From positions 94,798,001 to 94,862,000 of the forward strand of contig OX597814.1 in NCBI GenBank assembly GCA_951406725.2: a stretch of 64,000 bases of DNA, read 5' to 3'. A model generated the notes under the pieces. The model was not told the DNA's origin and ran no database searches. It saw nothing but the letters and a program-made list of their open reading frames with translations. Below, one piece after another: positions 1-13,859 of this stretch. Numbering within the stretch: the stretch's first letter is position 1; the number at the start of each line of letters is the position of its first letter. A program made the translations under genes and the position numbers. This DNA is from Octopus vulgaris. Its lineage: Eukaryota.

Positions 1-633
1 TGTTTTTGTTATTATGCTTGCTTCTTTATGGGGTTTTTTTAATGTTATTTTGTAAGTAGAACTCACAAAACCTAATAATGGGTTCTCTTACTAAAATCTC
101 TGTTGTTTGGGTTGATGTTATTGTGTAGCCTCTTCATAACATCTTGAAATTTATCTTCGGTAATCTTCTTGGAGTCAATATAAACACTTTATATACTGTG
201 AAGAATATTGGTAAAGCTATTAGTAACTCCCCAACACTCTGACTTCACTAGTTCTGTTTCAGTCCCTGTTTTAACAAGTTCCATTTTTATTACGGTATTA
301 ACTTACCATTATAGAAGCTTCTTTGCGGTCGCCTCATCTGCCTGAGAGAGATAAATTCAAACAGAAAGGCTGAGAGAGCAGACAAATTAGTTTCAAATCA
401 CACCCTGCCGTCTTTTTTGAAAAATGGGTCTCGTAAGAATACATTGAATACGCTTTGTCTCAGTAAAATATGAGGGGGTCGCGGCAGGAAAATATTTAAT
501 AATTAGTCCGTTCAATAATAGTACAGTCGGGCTCAACAACATCATGTCATTAACACAATGCGAAAGTGTGGAATACGCGAGTTTCTTATTATCTTTTCTA
601 ATAAACTATACTTTTGTCTTGAGTCAATATATA

Positions 634-676
634 CTGTGCCGATGAAGGGTAATAACTCACAAACCATGGTACGCAG
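634..676 (+). ncRNA. Degenerate type I hammerhead ribozyme motif
   Basis: CTGTG-CCGATGA-AGGGT-AATA-ACTCA-CAAA-CCATGG-TA-CGCAG. Stem I CTGTG/CGCAG, palindromic stem III ACCATGGT. GAAA reads CAAA, so probably inactive. Confidence 0.55.
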
Positions 677-899
677 GTACTGTTTAAGGCCGAGTGGGGA
701 CATTAACTCCCTTGTTCGAGGTACAAGGACGCAATGTGATTCGGTAGGCAGCTGGAAAAGATGGTTTTCTGGGGCTAAAATGATAGTAACGTTGTCCTAA
801 TTAGGCCTGCCACATTACGTTGGTAAATAGATTTTACTCTGTAGTAACGTTACTACTTACTTCTCGCTCAGAGATTTAAAACTAATCGTAATCCACTCT

Positions 900-931
900 C
901 TCTTCCTCTCTCTCTCTCACACACACACACA

Positions 932-976
<45 letters not shown>

Positions 977-1215
977 TGCATGTGTGTGTGCGCGTGTGTG
1001 TGTATTTATATAATAGTTGTATATATATATAAATGAAGAGAGAGAGATGCATACATACATGCATACATACATACACGCATGCATACATACAGACAAGCAT
1101 GCATGCATGGATACATAAATACAGGAATACAGAAATTCCCTATCTACCTTGAATGGAAATCGCTGCCAAATAGCCTTCAAATGATGCACAACCGTCTTTA
1201 AAATGGACACATTGA

Positions 1216-1253
<38 letters not shown>

Positions 1254-1345
1254 TGTATGTATGTGTGTGTGTGTGTCCATGTGTGTGCATGCATGTGTCT
1301 GTGCTTGCGTGTGTAAATATATATACATATATGTGTGTGTATGCA
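900..1345. repeat. Compound (CT)n/(CA)n/(TG)n/(CATA)n microsatellites
   Basis: Directly visible; representative of dozens of such tracts across the window. Confidence 0.95.
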
Positions 1346-1347
1346 CA

Positions 1348-1725
1348 CAAGGAAATTGCTTCCCAACCACATGGCTCCGGGTTCAGTCCCACTGCGTGAC
1401 ACCTTCGGCAAATGTCATCTGCTAGAACCTCAGGCTGATCAAAGTCTTGTGAATGGATTTGTTAGACGGAAACTGAATGAAGCCTGTCGTATATATCTGT
1501 ATGTGTGAGAGTGTGTGTGTTTATGTTTGACCCCCACCATCTCTTGAAAACCGATTTTGGTGTGTTTACCCCCCCCCCCCCCTATAATCTAGCGGTTCGG
1601 AAAAAGAGACCGATAGAATAAGTACTAGGCTTACAAAGAATAAGTCCTAGGGTCGATTTGCTCGACTAAAAAATCTTTAAGGTGGTACTCCAGCATGGCC
1701 GCAGTCATATTAAAAGAATAAAAGA
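1348..1725 (+). mobile_element. tRNA-derived SINE (Octopus-type, family A)
   Basis: B-box-like GGTTCAGTCCC head, GACGGAAACTGAA core, and GACCGATAGAATAAGTACTAGGC...CCAGCATGGCCGCAGTC tail. Homologous copies occur elsewhere in the window. Confidence 0.85.
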
Positions 1726-1742
1726 ACATATATATATATATA

Positions 1743-2253
1743 TATAAATGAGGGTGAAAAATTTGATATTAATTTAATAATACCATCAATTTAACACCAA
1801 GTGGTTTAGCACATAAAAACCAGGGAGACAATACAAATTTATACATAAATATAAGAGAGTGACCACTATATGGTTAACTCTAGTGCTAAAAATAGCTCCG
1901 TTACTGGTATAGCCACAAAAAGTTGTTTCCAAGAAGAAATAACATTACATTTAACGTAAGGAAAGTGAAATATAACGAAAAAATAGATTAACCCTGAACA
2001 ATTGTTTCATTATTAATGTAATATGCAATTTTACTTACATAACATCTATAAATCATCGGCAGAGGTTTGTCTTAAATACAATTGTGGTTTAATCGATTAT
2101 ATTCGTAGTTATGATTCAAATTCCCCCGCCAAAAGCATGATAAGACTCACTGGAAACGAATACTGCATAAAATATTTACTGCAGTATAATTAAATTTATA
2201 AATTTATAAATGAGGGTGAAAATGATATTAAATTAATATCAAATTTTTCACCT
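1743..2253 (-). mobile_element. HHR-containing non-coding unit (~462 bp) with terminal redundancy and short inversion
   Basis: TATAAATGAGGGTGAAAA at ~1743 and ~2205. 2226-2253 is an inverted copy of the unit start. It follows (TA)n and contains an HHR at 1990-2067. Confidence 0.7.
1990..2067 (-). ncRNA. Type I hammerhead ribozyme (C4 variant, extended stem II)
   Basis: Minus strand: AACCTCTG-CCGATGA-TTTAT..ATGTTATGTAA..TTGCATATTACAT..ATAAT-GAAA-CAATTG-TT-CAGGGTT. Confidence 0.7.
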
Positions 2254-2254
2254 T

Positions 2255-2410
2255 TTCTTTTGGACTTTCTTCTGTCTCCTGTTTCTGAAGAAGAGCTTTG
2301 CTCGAAACATAAAACACCCTTTCTTTCCTTCACTGAGCGCCTTATTAAAGCTTTGCATGTACCACATCCTCACTTTGTATTTTTCCCTGTTGTCCTTTTT
2401 TTCCGTTTTT
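2255..2410 (+). mobile_element. Short PLE-terminal-like repeat with minimal hammerhead (2281-2315)
   Basis: GTTT-CTGAAGA-AGAGC-TTT-GCTC-GAAA-CA-TA-AAAC, followed by CTGAGCG. Same family as 9960-10140 and 19875-20080. Confidence 0.75.
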
Positions 2411-2437
2411 TAATTATATATACATGTGTGTTGTGTG

Positions 2438-2471
<34 letters not shown>

Positions 2472-2480
2472 GTGTATGTA

Positions 2481-2519
<39 letters not shown>

Positions 2520-2734
2520 GTAGAAAAATTATTAAATAGTGCAATACGGTAGTATTGCTTCCTAGTAAAACAAAGCAACATCAGTTTAAAGTATAAGAGA
2601 GAGAGAGGGGGTACAAAAGTGATGTTATCCTGGAGTATATCGTATTATCTCTCAGATTGTTTTAGATGCCGGCTATCTACAACGGTCCTTTTGCTCAAGC
2701 TTGGAAGGAGATACCAGGTACTGGTAACTTCACA

Positions 2735-3167
2735 CGTCTGACAGCCTTGACCCAGGACAGCACTACCTCTTTCAGGCACATGATGTAGGCCTCCATGTTG
2801 ATCAAGGCTGTGTGGAAAAATAAATGGAGGCATAACGTCGCCATTACTAGAGATCATTCCAAACACCCATGATGTTGACTGGATGTTTGATTTTTTACCA
2901 CTCTCTGTACATGTCCTCACATTGCACTTTCCTCAGATTGACACCTAAACACTCTGAAATGTTCGTATTAGAGTCTCCGGCGCGAATACTAAGCAGTACA
3001 GCATGTCGTTTCCAAATTTCTGGTAGAGTGAATTTCGTCATGGTACTGTTTTCCTCGCAGGCGGTGCCCAACTGACCATACTATACTGTGTAGTCGACTA
3101 AATCAAAAACAAACAATGCCCATGCATGAAATTAGAAATATGAAAGGCAACAATTTACTCATCGCAC

Positions 3168-3170
<3 letters not shown>
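2735..3170 (-). mobile_element. Internally deleted Tc1/mariner-superfamily (maT/DD37D-like) transposon
   Basis: TIR-like CAGGTGCGATGAGTAAATTGTTGCC next to TA. N-terminus MTKFTLPEIWKRHAV..., and fragment WVFGMISSNGDVMPPFIFPH of a DDD domain. Confidence 0.7.
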
Positions 3171-3228
<58 letters not shown>

Positions 3229-3738
3229 CTTATATAATATATATAAACTTGAATAGCGCCAGATGGCGTACGATGCGGGATCCCAGTCTTGAAGAATCAT
3301 GAACATATTGTTTAAGTCGCTTACGTAACGCTGGTTGTTGTTCATATAACGTAGAGCTCACAGCAGCGTTAAAGAGAATAGAGTTTCAAAGTTTTCAGGT
3401 GGTCCCAATACTCGAGATAAATATATATAACATATATAAGATAATATAGAATATATAGAGAGATATTAGGTAACCATAGCTGAAATACTTTCGATCAAAA
3501 GTCTATTCGATATAAATTAACATGAGATTAAATGGTATCAACATCAGCACGACGTATACACACATATCTGATATGAAAAACAATTACGTATTTTTAGTTT
3601 AAGGGATTTCAAAATGTATGCATTTTCAAATTTGCATTTTCATGTGTAGAATTTAATAGAATCAGAGGAAAACAATTAATCATTCCTAGAATATGTCTTT
3701 ATAAATACTCAAAGACGCACAAACAAACACACACACAC

Positions 3739-3782
<44 letters not shown>

Positions 3783-3858
3783 ATATACATATGCATATAT
3801 GTATACGAATATATATATGCATATATATATACATATATATATAGGTATGTATGTATGT

Positions 3859-3900
<42 letters not shown>

Positions 3901-3902
3901 GT

Positions 3903-3935
<33 letters not shown>

Positions 3936-4661
3936 CATACGTACAATGGGAGTTAATATATGTATGTATGCATGTATGTATTTATATGTGTATAGTATCC
4001 ATATTAAGTAGTTGAGTGTTTCAAAAAAGAAGCGCGTGTCTATTACTATCTGTTATTATTCTTGTCATTATTTAAATCCTTTCTCCGCTGTCCTACATTC
4101 AGAACACACAAGAGATTTTAGTTCAGTCCTATACAATTTAAAAATGCTATTATCGTAGATATTACTATAGCTTTTAACTTTACAAATTCATATTGTTTAC
4201 ATAGTCATCGTCCTGACTATATTTGTACTGAAGCGTCAATATAATCTAAACACTACATCCATTATCCACAAATGTTTATTACTTCTTTCGTAGCCGCCTT
4301 AGCGTTTTAGCGCCTGTTTGTTTATTTGTTTTTATTGAGTTTTCTGTTTGTTTTTCACAGTCATTACTCTGTGAACTATTGATTTTGTTTTCACTATCAC
4401 AATTCCTGTTGTTATTGCTGTCGTTGTTTGATTTAAATCTTCATTGTTTGCAGTGTTATTGCTGATTTTGATGCTGATTTTTAATGTCATTACCATTAAA
4501 AAGAATAACGTAAAGATAAGGCGGCAATTACTTCACTTTAAAATCCTTGACATCCTCATAATTGGAACGAAACTTTCTTATTAATATTAAGTAGCATTTC
4601 GAATAACAAATTGCTTAATGGAAATATTTCTACAGGAAAATTTAAAGAGAATCAGCCAATG

Positions 4662-4752
<91 letters not shown>

Positions 4753-5831
4753 AGACAATGATTTAATTTTTCTAATTTTTCTCTCTCTTTATCATGTTTT
4801 GTTTTTGATTGCTAAAATACTGGAAACTTAGGGAATGATTTTACTTTTTATATTTATGGTTTAGTAAAGGATTTTCATACTGATTCCGTTTATGACCCGA
4901 AGGAATTGTAGTTCTATAGCTATTAACCTAGTTTATAATTGAATAAACACATAATCAAAGATAAATGGGGGGAAAATCATTAGCTCTTGTTTCAACATTT
5001 GATGACTAATTTAGCTTTGTTTTCTTTATAAGTAGACTCCATTCTGAATTCTCATTAACTTATTTACAATGACGGTCATCATACTGCAACTTTATCTTCA
5101 AGTTAACATAATTTTTGACATTTTGGCCTTAGATTGTCGGCTCAGAGACAAAGGACGAAATGAACCGTTGCAGTGATTGTTCTTGTGTGGTAAAATAATT
5201 ATGAACAGGAAACAAAACCAAAACTTTATTGCAACTTTTGTTTTTACTTCTTTAATACTTCTGTCAGTGGAGAACGGATAGCGTGTGTGGTAACTTTCGG
5301 ACTGTTGGGAGGGACAGAGAATGATGTCCTCAAACTAGAGACTTAGCTGGAATGCATGTAACACAGGGTGGGTTCCACTAAAGTCTCCCTGGGGCTTGGG
5401 ATTGGCCTTAAAATGGGAAGCGGATTAAGTTTAACTTTACCATTCAAGAACAAGAATGGCTACCCCGTTGGGCTTTCAAACAGTTTTTGTCGACCAATTT
5501 TTTCTCAGGCAAGGCTTTGAAGAATCTGTGGACATGCCTTAAACACCTCTCACTGGTACCGCACAACTACTTAGTTGCTTCTGTTCATTATGTTCCAAGT
5601 TCAAATTCCACCATGGCCCACTTCGCTTTTCATCCTTGTGGAATCGATAAAAGAAAAGATACCAATCAATTACTATGATCGACTACTCCCTTCTTCCCAA
5701 TTCAAGGCATATGCAGGATATCAGTATTCAGTTCATTTTCAAAATATTAAGAGAACGAATATAACTAAATAGATATTATTATAAGGCTTATAACTAAATA
5801 TTACGATGGATAAAAATATGATTTTCTTATT

Positions 5832-6630
5832 TCTCTCTATAAATAAAACTGAGAATGTGTGTCTGTCTGTCTGTATGTTTCCCTAAAACTTGAGAACTAC
5901 ACAACTAATTTCATTCAAATTTTACACATGCCTTACTTAGGGTCCGAGGAGTGTCATCGGCAAAAAGAAATTTTTAACTTTTTGCCTACGGCGAGCCCAC
6001 AGCAATATCATATCTTCTCCACTACGATTCCCTAAAACTCGAGAACTACACAACCAATTTCATTCAAATTTTACACATGCCTTACTTAAGGTCCATGTAG
6101 TTTCATGAGCAAAAACAATTTTCAACTTCTTGCCTAGGGCGAGCCCATAGCAATATCATATCTTCTACACTATTTCAGTATTACGTGTTAAAAGTGAAAC
6201 AAAAACATTTCTCTATTTTATGTCAGATACTTTCACTTTAACAATAAAAATAATAATAACAATTGAATTATATGTAGCAAGTGATAATTAAAATCAAACT
6301 AAAGTATAATATAATCGTAACATAACAAAAGTAAAAATAGCAATTGGTATAAAATTGCATCAGGGATTTGAACTTGAATAAGTGGTTTCACATGAATGGG
6401 AATAAATTAAAAATAAAATTAGTGTGCAGAAATGGAATAGCCCTACAATTCCAGTCTGTTATATATTTTCAGTATTGTTATCACTAGCGATATCAAGATA
6501 TAACTTTATATCTTGTATTTTATGTGTAGATGTATATATATATAGATGTACATGTAATATGTACACATATATATACACATATATACATGCACTAGCACTA
6601 TGACCCGGCAAAGACGGGTCATAATGCTAG
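5832..6630 (+). mobile_element. Non-autonomous Helitron
   Basis: 5' TC..TATAAATAAAA followed by (TCTG)n. 3' hairpin TATGACCCG-GCAAAGA-CGGGTCATA followed by CTAG|T. Internal ~150 bp duplication (5880/6030). Confidence 0.8.
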
Positions 6631-6905
6631 TATCATATAAAGTAATATATAACTAACCGAGATCGTGAAAATACCAAGTTTTATAATTCACATATTTCTA
6701 TTTTACAGTATAAATATATCTTTATAACATTATTTCATTATTTTAAATATTTTCTATGATAATGAGCATTGACGTTATTGAAAATTAGGGGTCAGTTAAT
6801 TCAATGTTAATAGCTTCTCATCATTATATTTTCTCTTCTTTCTGACGATTGGCGCCTTCTTTCACAAGCATTTCAGTCCCTTGTCGTTTTATTGCCTGTT
6901 ACTCT

Positions 6906-6938
<33 letters not shown>

Positions 6939-8061
6939 TGCTCGCCTGCTGCCTGACCAGATAATAAAAATCGAGGTTTCTTTTGAGCGTGTAGCAATTT
7001 TATATGCAACAAGAATTTTATAGACAATGTATTTTTGCTATTTTGGTAAATAGACAATCTTGGTGAATCGGTGGGTTTGCAGCTCCATTCCTGGAGAGAC
7101 AAGCTCATGCTGGTCAGCGGCAGTTTTTTATCACTGGATGCAATCCCTGGCAAGGTGATGGCAGTTTGGTTCAGCCAGACCACCTGGTGGATAGAAAACG
7201 GAATTAGTTGACTAACAGGCTGGTCATTCGCACGCATATTGAGCGCGAGAAAGTTGTCCCTTATGGTCAAGAAAGTTGTCCCTACTGGTCAAGAAATTCA
7301 CTTGTTGTCACTACTCACACTGTGGTGGTCAGAAGATTCTGTTGTTGAAGATACAGACATGTACTGAGGCTGACATACATGCAGAAGTAACTTAACCACC
7401 AAAACAGTGGCGATGACTAAGAAAATTAAGGCAAACTGATATAGGCACCTTTCGTGAATCAAGCCCTTCCTTCTTCTCACAAACACAACCGGCAAAGACA
7501 GAGAGCCAGCTACCACCACCCAACAACAATAACTTACATCAGAAAGCTAGCAAGAAGCGCCCCTTCGCCGAAGTGGCAGTCCATCCACTTATGAGTATAA
7601 AACTAAACAGGCTGATCCAGGAAAATAGACTTCACTCAAAGATTAAAAAAAATAAACAGATATGCTTTTTAAAACATTATGATGCAATACACGTCCTCTA
7701 AACAAAGAACTCTTTCTGCTAGAGAATACATATCTTATGAATGAGAACTAATGACCTACCACTTCAACTTTAATCAAGTGAAATTCATAGCCTTTTACAA
7801 CAAATCTTTTAACAAGGCACACAATATATATCCACATGATGTGCAAATCGAGAATGAAATTGGATCACATTTTAAATCAATATTCCGACTCTCAAAATAT
7901 TATATTTGAACGATCCAGTAGATGCTTCTTGTCCATTATTACATGAGAACATTTCACGGAAGGTTTTAGCCTCTTCTACCGTGAACGATACCATGGTGAA
8001 TCATAGAGGAGGTGTTATCGGGGAAGTAGATTAATTTTTCATATAAATATTGTTCTATTGC

Positions 8062-8278
8062 AAGGCGATGAGCTGTCAAAATTGTTAACACCGGGAAAAA
8101 TATTTGGCTGCATTTCATCCGTCTTTAGGTTCTGAGTTCAAATTCCGCCGAGGTTCACGTTGCCGTTCATCCTTTCAGTGTCGATAAAATAAATACCAGT
8201 TAGACACAGGGGGTCGATCTAATCGGCTTACCCGCTCCTTCGAAATTGTTGGCGTTGTGCCAAAATATGAAACCAATA
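8062..8278 (+). mobile_element. tRNA-derived SINE, family B (Deu/Nin-like central domain)
   Basis: GAGTTCAAATTCC B box, then TTCATCCTTTC..GTCGATAAAATAA.TACCAG domain and GTGCCAAAAT.TGAAACCAAT tail. Confidence 0.85.
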
Positions 8279-8605
8279 TTGTGTATTTTATCATACCTTT
8301 TTATATATTTTCGTGATAATTTATGTGGTTTATAAATTTTTATGACGTTTTCACCCCTATCTTTGTATACATATCTTCTCCATAACATCCAAGATGTCTT
8401 CATAAACTCCCTATTTAACTAACTGAAGAACGTTGTGACGATGTTAGTAGAGTCTACTGTTAAAGGGATATAAGTTGGAACGGTACGTATATGAGAGATA
8501 GGTACACGTGAAATTAAGCAGGAAAATTTTAGTTAAAATAAGCGCTATATATGATCAGAGAGTATCCAATATCTCAGCAGGTGTTCAGTATGCTAATATA
8601 TATGT

Positions 8606-8722
<117 letters not shown>

Positions 8723-8813
8723 GAGAGAGAGAGAGATAAGTATCTATGAGTATATTTTAATATATTATATATACGCATGTGTACACATATGTATGTATGT
8801 ACATATATATGTG

Positions 8814-8852
<39 letters not shown>

Positions 8853-8855
8853 ACA

Positions 8856-8896
<41 letters not shown>

Positions 8897-8897
8897 A

Positions 8898-9410
8898 GCA
8901 GAATTAGGTAAGTTGAAATATGTTTTTCACATATTTCAACTGCTAAAGGCAAATACACTGCAGTCACCATGGAGATTAAATCTCTCGTATGACAAAAAGG
9001 TGTAAAAACACCCGACTCCTTCAGTGTCGCCATCTATTATGAATCTCAGACATCGATGTTTCAAGCTACTTGGCTCTGAGCAATGCGATGTACCTAAGGG
9101 AGGCAACTCTGAATGAACATATAAAGTCTCAGCTTTATATATAATTTAGTCAACACGTTGAATGATTTTCGCTAGTAGATCACCCGACCGAGGTAAATAA
9201 AGAAATGTCAGCGCTAAGAAGTGTGTAAGTATGAGTAGAATTAGGTAAGTTGAAATATTTTTGTCACATATTTCAAATGCTAAAGCAAATACACTGCAGT
9301 TATTGTGAAGAATAAATTTTTCTTGTGGTAAAAAGCGGTAAAAACTGCCGGTTCGTTCATTGTCGCCATCCATTAGGAATCTCAGACATAGATGTTTCAA
9401 GCTACTTGGT
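8898..9410 (-). repeat. Diverged ~336 bp tandem unit carrying the 3' half of a hammerhead
   Basis: AG.AGAATTAGGTAAGTTGAAAT at 8898 and 9234. Minus strand GAAA-CATCGATG-TC (palindromic stem III) near 9045-9062, and a 1-mismatch copy near 9385. No CUGANGA half found. Confidence 0.5.
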
Positions 9411-9440
9411 TCATATTTACTGCTTAGCGATGACACTCCG

Positions 9441-9497
<57 letters not shown>

Positions 9498-9704
9498 AGT
9501 GAGTGCATGTGTATGTGTGTGTGTCTGTGTTTACGTATATAAATGTATGTATACAAATGAAAGTATTTTAAAATATATTTAAAAATACAAATTTTACATT
9601 GTAAAAATATCAGATGCGTTTGATACAGTGGATAAATAATATATTTTATTTTTTATTATATCCCAAAATGTCATATAAATATATATATTCTTTTATTCTT
9701 TTAC

Positions 9705-9845
9705 TCTTTTACTTGTTTCAGTCTTCTGACAGCGGCCATGATGGAGCACCGCCATTAGTCGAAGAAATCAACCCCAGGACTTATTCTTTGTAAGCCTAGT
9801 ACTTATACTATCTATTTTACCGAACAGCCAAGTTACGGGGGACGA
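9705..9845 (-). mobile_element. SINE family A, 3' part
   Basis: Reverse complement of the 1590-1725 tail. Confidence 0.8.
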
Positions 9846-9904
9846 ACCGATAAGATATATGTGTCACCTTTACGTTTTTGTTCCATTTTTTTGTTTTCTT
9901 CGCA

Positions 9905-9957
<53 letters not shown>

Positions 9958-9959
9958 GA

Positions 9960-10140
9960 AGTTAGTCCAAACATGAAAACACAAGGAGAAAACAGAACAA
10001 CGCGAGGACGTGGAACAAGTATAGTGTTATTGGACGCTCAGGAAAGGAAAGAAGGATGATTCAACGTTCCGAGCGGAGCTCTTCGTCAGAAACATAGGAA
10101 AAGGAAAGATCCAAGGAAGGGGAGACGGAGGAAAAAATAT
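9960..10140 (-). mobile_element. PLE-terminal-like repeat with minimal hammerhead (10059-10093)
   Basis: Minus strand GTTT-CTGACGA-AGAGC-TCC-GCTC-GGAA-CG-TT-GAAT (GAAA reads GGAA). Adjacent to (TA)n. Confidence 0.7.
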
Positions 10141-10217
10141 ATTTATATATGCATACACAAAACATACGTAAGCAGAAATATATACTTATACATATAGGTG
10201 TGCATGCGTACAATGTT

Positions 10218-10305
<88 letters not shown>

Positions 10306-11461
10306 TACATACATACATACATACATACATACATACATACATACATACATACATACATACATACATACATGGACAGATAGATATAAAATATATACATATG
10401 TATGCATCTATGTTATATTACATCATATTATGTTATATTTATTCTAACGCTATATTCACATGATCGAACTCCAGGGACAGACAAAAGAAAATCGCAAATA
10501 CGAAAATCAATTTCGAAATAACAAACATATAAATTATACAAATATTTTACGCTATACTTTTAAAATTGAAAACCTCTATAAGTTTGTGTTTGTGTGTCTG
10601 TGTGTCTGTGTGTTTGTGTGTGTGCGTCAGTGTGTGTGTGTTTGTATGTTCTTGTGTGTATCTGTGTGTTTGTGTCTCTGTGTCTGTGTCTCTGTGTGTG
10701 CGCGTACGTGTGTGTGCCTGTGTGTCGGTGCGTATGTGTGTTCGTACAAGCGTATGCATAATATGTATATAAGTATATTTCGGTATATTTTTTTAATAGG
10801 TGTATATCTATATATAGACATGCATATAAGTGTTTATGTGCGTGTACATGCGTGCGTTTGTGTGTGAGGATATGTTGATGAATAAATATATACATATATA
10901 TAGACACACACATCTATGTATAATGTATGTATCTACGTATGTATGTATGCATGCGTGTGAACATATACATATATCAATGTGTATGCATATCTATGTATAT
11001 AAGCATATATACAAATAAATATATGCATATACATATATATATATATGCATGTATGTATGTATGTATGTATGTATGTATGTATGTATGTATGTATGTATAT
11101 ATAAAATATGAGACTGTGACAAAATTTCAGCTATTAAGATGAGAATATAAAAATGTAAATTGAAACTTCTAAGCACTGTATTAATATTTTGTCAATATTC
11201 TTTTTAACAAAATGTGTTTTTTCCCTATGAATTTTATTCTCTATTTCGAAATTTCCACTGTTCTACGTGTTCGATATTTGTTTTCCTCTCTTTTTTCTGA
11301 TCTTGATCTGAGCAAATTTACGAGAGGAAAATATTAAAATTTAATACCATAAAAACATAAAAATTATTCACTAGCATACGCAACACACACACACTCACTC
11401 TCAAAACCCATACACATTATAAGTGTGGCGATGTTCTTAATGTGTGTTGCGTGTATTATAA

Positions 11462-11522
<61 letters not shown>

Positions 11523-11523
11523 A

Positions 11524-11577
<54 letters not shown>

Positions 11578-11904
11578 GGGAGAGAGAAAGAAAGAGAGGG
11601 TGAGGGAGAGACAGAGAAAGAGCAAGAGAATGTGTGCTCTGAAGCGCAACACGTAACCAAATTTCAGGCTCAATAGCGGTATATCTTGCTGAACATTGAT
11701 GAGGTGCGTTCAAAGATTATGTATATTTCAAAAACAATTATGTGATCATGATGAAAATTTGTCGAAACGCGTGTCCGTTTTATAGAGCACAGGAAGCACA
11801 GGAAAACATATGCTTTCCTTATTTTATTTATTTCTATACATGTGTGTATGTATGTGTAAACATGCGTGCCTATGTGTGTGTACATTAGTACGTGTGTGTG
11901 GTGT

Positions 11905-11945
<41 letters not shown>

Positions 11946-13029
11946 TGAAGACAGTGTTCAACCATCTTAGACTTCTCTTACGTAACTTGTTCAGAATCTT
12001 TCTGTTTAGTTGCACCTGTGAAATTTTTAAAGTTTAGTAAATTTGGTACATTGATGTAATTTTTTACGCTGAATCTCAGGAACTAATTCACTTTTTCCAG
12101 AAACTTATTTTAAAAAAGTTATAGAGGTTTAAAGTTTTTATAATTTTCATCCAGTCAGAAAACAGGATCTGGAAGCTGTCATTTTTTTTTTTTTTTTTTT
12201 TTTGCATGATTGCACGTTTTGTCAACTGAAATATTGGCGAAATGCAAATAAAATATTGGCGGAATTCTGCTTATTTGGAATTTTCCGAAAATTTTTGCGA
12301 ATTTGTAAGGGAATTCATACGATTATGCAAAATCCCCCAAAAGAAATTTTGGTGCGTGATTTAAGGCCTATTTAGTTATTATTTTTAGCACATCTCAAGA
12401 CCACCTCATACATCATGTGTTTTAAGCATTTAACAAGCGTAAAACGACCACGTGAGTAAACAGCTGCGTAACAGCTTGGCTTGTTACTATGGAAACAGGC
12501 ACGTATATGTCGGTGGCTTTCGATTGGCAAAAAAATTTACAAACTTTAAAAGCGATTAACTCTTTATTTATTGATTTATGGAGAAAATGAATTTCATGCT
12601 AATGATAACCATACAAAACACATCAAGTATGAAATCAATTGGAACAAAAATTGAAGAAACTGAAAATTGGCATCCAGTCGGAAAAGATCCCTTCTTTCGA
12701 CTAGTTTATTTGTATACGCTATATACGCAGCACTACTGCATTTATCGGTGGTTCAGATATTATCACCTTTATTCTGGCATGCAGAGTGAGACTTGTCATG
12801 ACCACCAGCGTTATGGTCATAATGGCTAGCATTTATATTCCGTTACCGACTAAGCGGTGCAATGTGTTCTTGAGCAAAACATCTCATTTCACATTACTCC
12901 AGTTCTCCTTCGATCAGAGGAAATTGTTGGCTTGATCGCCTAACCAGCGGGGTTGCATCATTTGAAGGCTAAAGCAATGTAAAAGAGCATTGTGATGTGT
13001 AACAACATCTGATAGCCTCATCGGACACG

Positions 13030-13150
13030 TATCACGTGGCTGGATCGTAATCACGTGGCGTGATCGTAATCACGTGACGTGATCGTGATCGCGTGATCGT
13101 GATCACGTGGCGTGATTGTGATCACGTGGCGTGATTGTGATCACGTGGTA
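13030..13150. repeat. ~19-bp CpG-rich minisatellite (GATCACGTGGCGTGATTGT) at the tail of a SINE-like repeat
   Basis: Six CACGTG motifs at mostly ~19 bp spacing. The preceding 12950-13030 resembles 41530-41615. Confidence 0.8.
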
Positions 13151-13859
13151 TATTACACACAGAGAGATCGGAAGCATTATCATAACAAGAGATTTATCAA
13201 TTCATTCTTTTTCGCAGCTTAGTGGTAGAGCAAAACCCATATTCTGAAATTCAACTTTAACTATGAGTAATTGTTTCTTATATGTGTTGCGCAAGCGTTG
13301 CCAATTGGTATCGTCATTACTATTTTCCTTCCTACATTTGGTGCCATCGATCATAATAGTAATTCCTCCGTTTTTCAATGTACTGCAAGACCCGTTACTA
13401 GTTGGTGCTGGTGCAGGTCGGAGGTGTTACGCATTGAGTGCTACTTTATCTTCCTCAAGATCAAAAAGATTTTTCTCTGCCTAACCAATCCAAGACGGTG
13501 TATTGGCAGAACTAAGAATGTTGTACCAGATAACTTACAGTATTTTTCCGTTTCTTTGCCCCGATTTCAAATCCCTCTATGGTCTACCTGGCTGGTATAT
13601 TTATTTAGTCACCTGGATTAACTCTATCTTATGTACGTCGAGAGGAGTCCGCGCTGTTCAAGTATTCCAGCCAGGCTTCCAGTTTAAGGATAACTTACAC
13701 CTCTCTAACCGGACTCGGAGATCCTGGAATGGGTTATGGATACAGCCTTCTTTCCTAACAAAGAATGGTGGCTACCCCCTCGTTATCGAGTATGGCCATT
13801 GCACGAAGCTTAATCAATGTTGTTATTGTGCAATGTTATTGTGCAAGAAGATTTTTTTT

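Noticed and set aside
3478-3552. Minus-strand CTGATGT...GAAAGTATT hammerhead-like motif
   Set aside because: Core mutated and stem I not supported.
6960-7560. Higher-GC stretch with short ORFs as a possible exon
   Set aside because: Stops occur in all plus frames and no domain is recognisable; unassigned.
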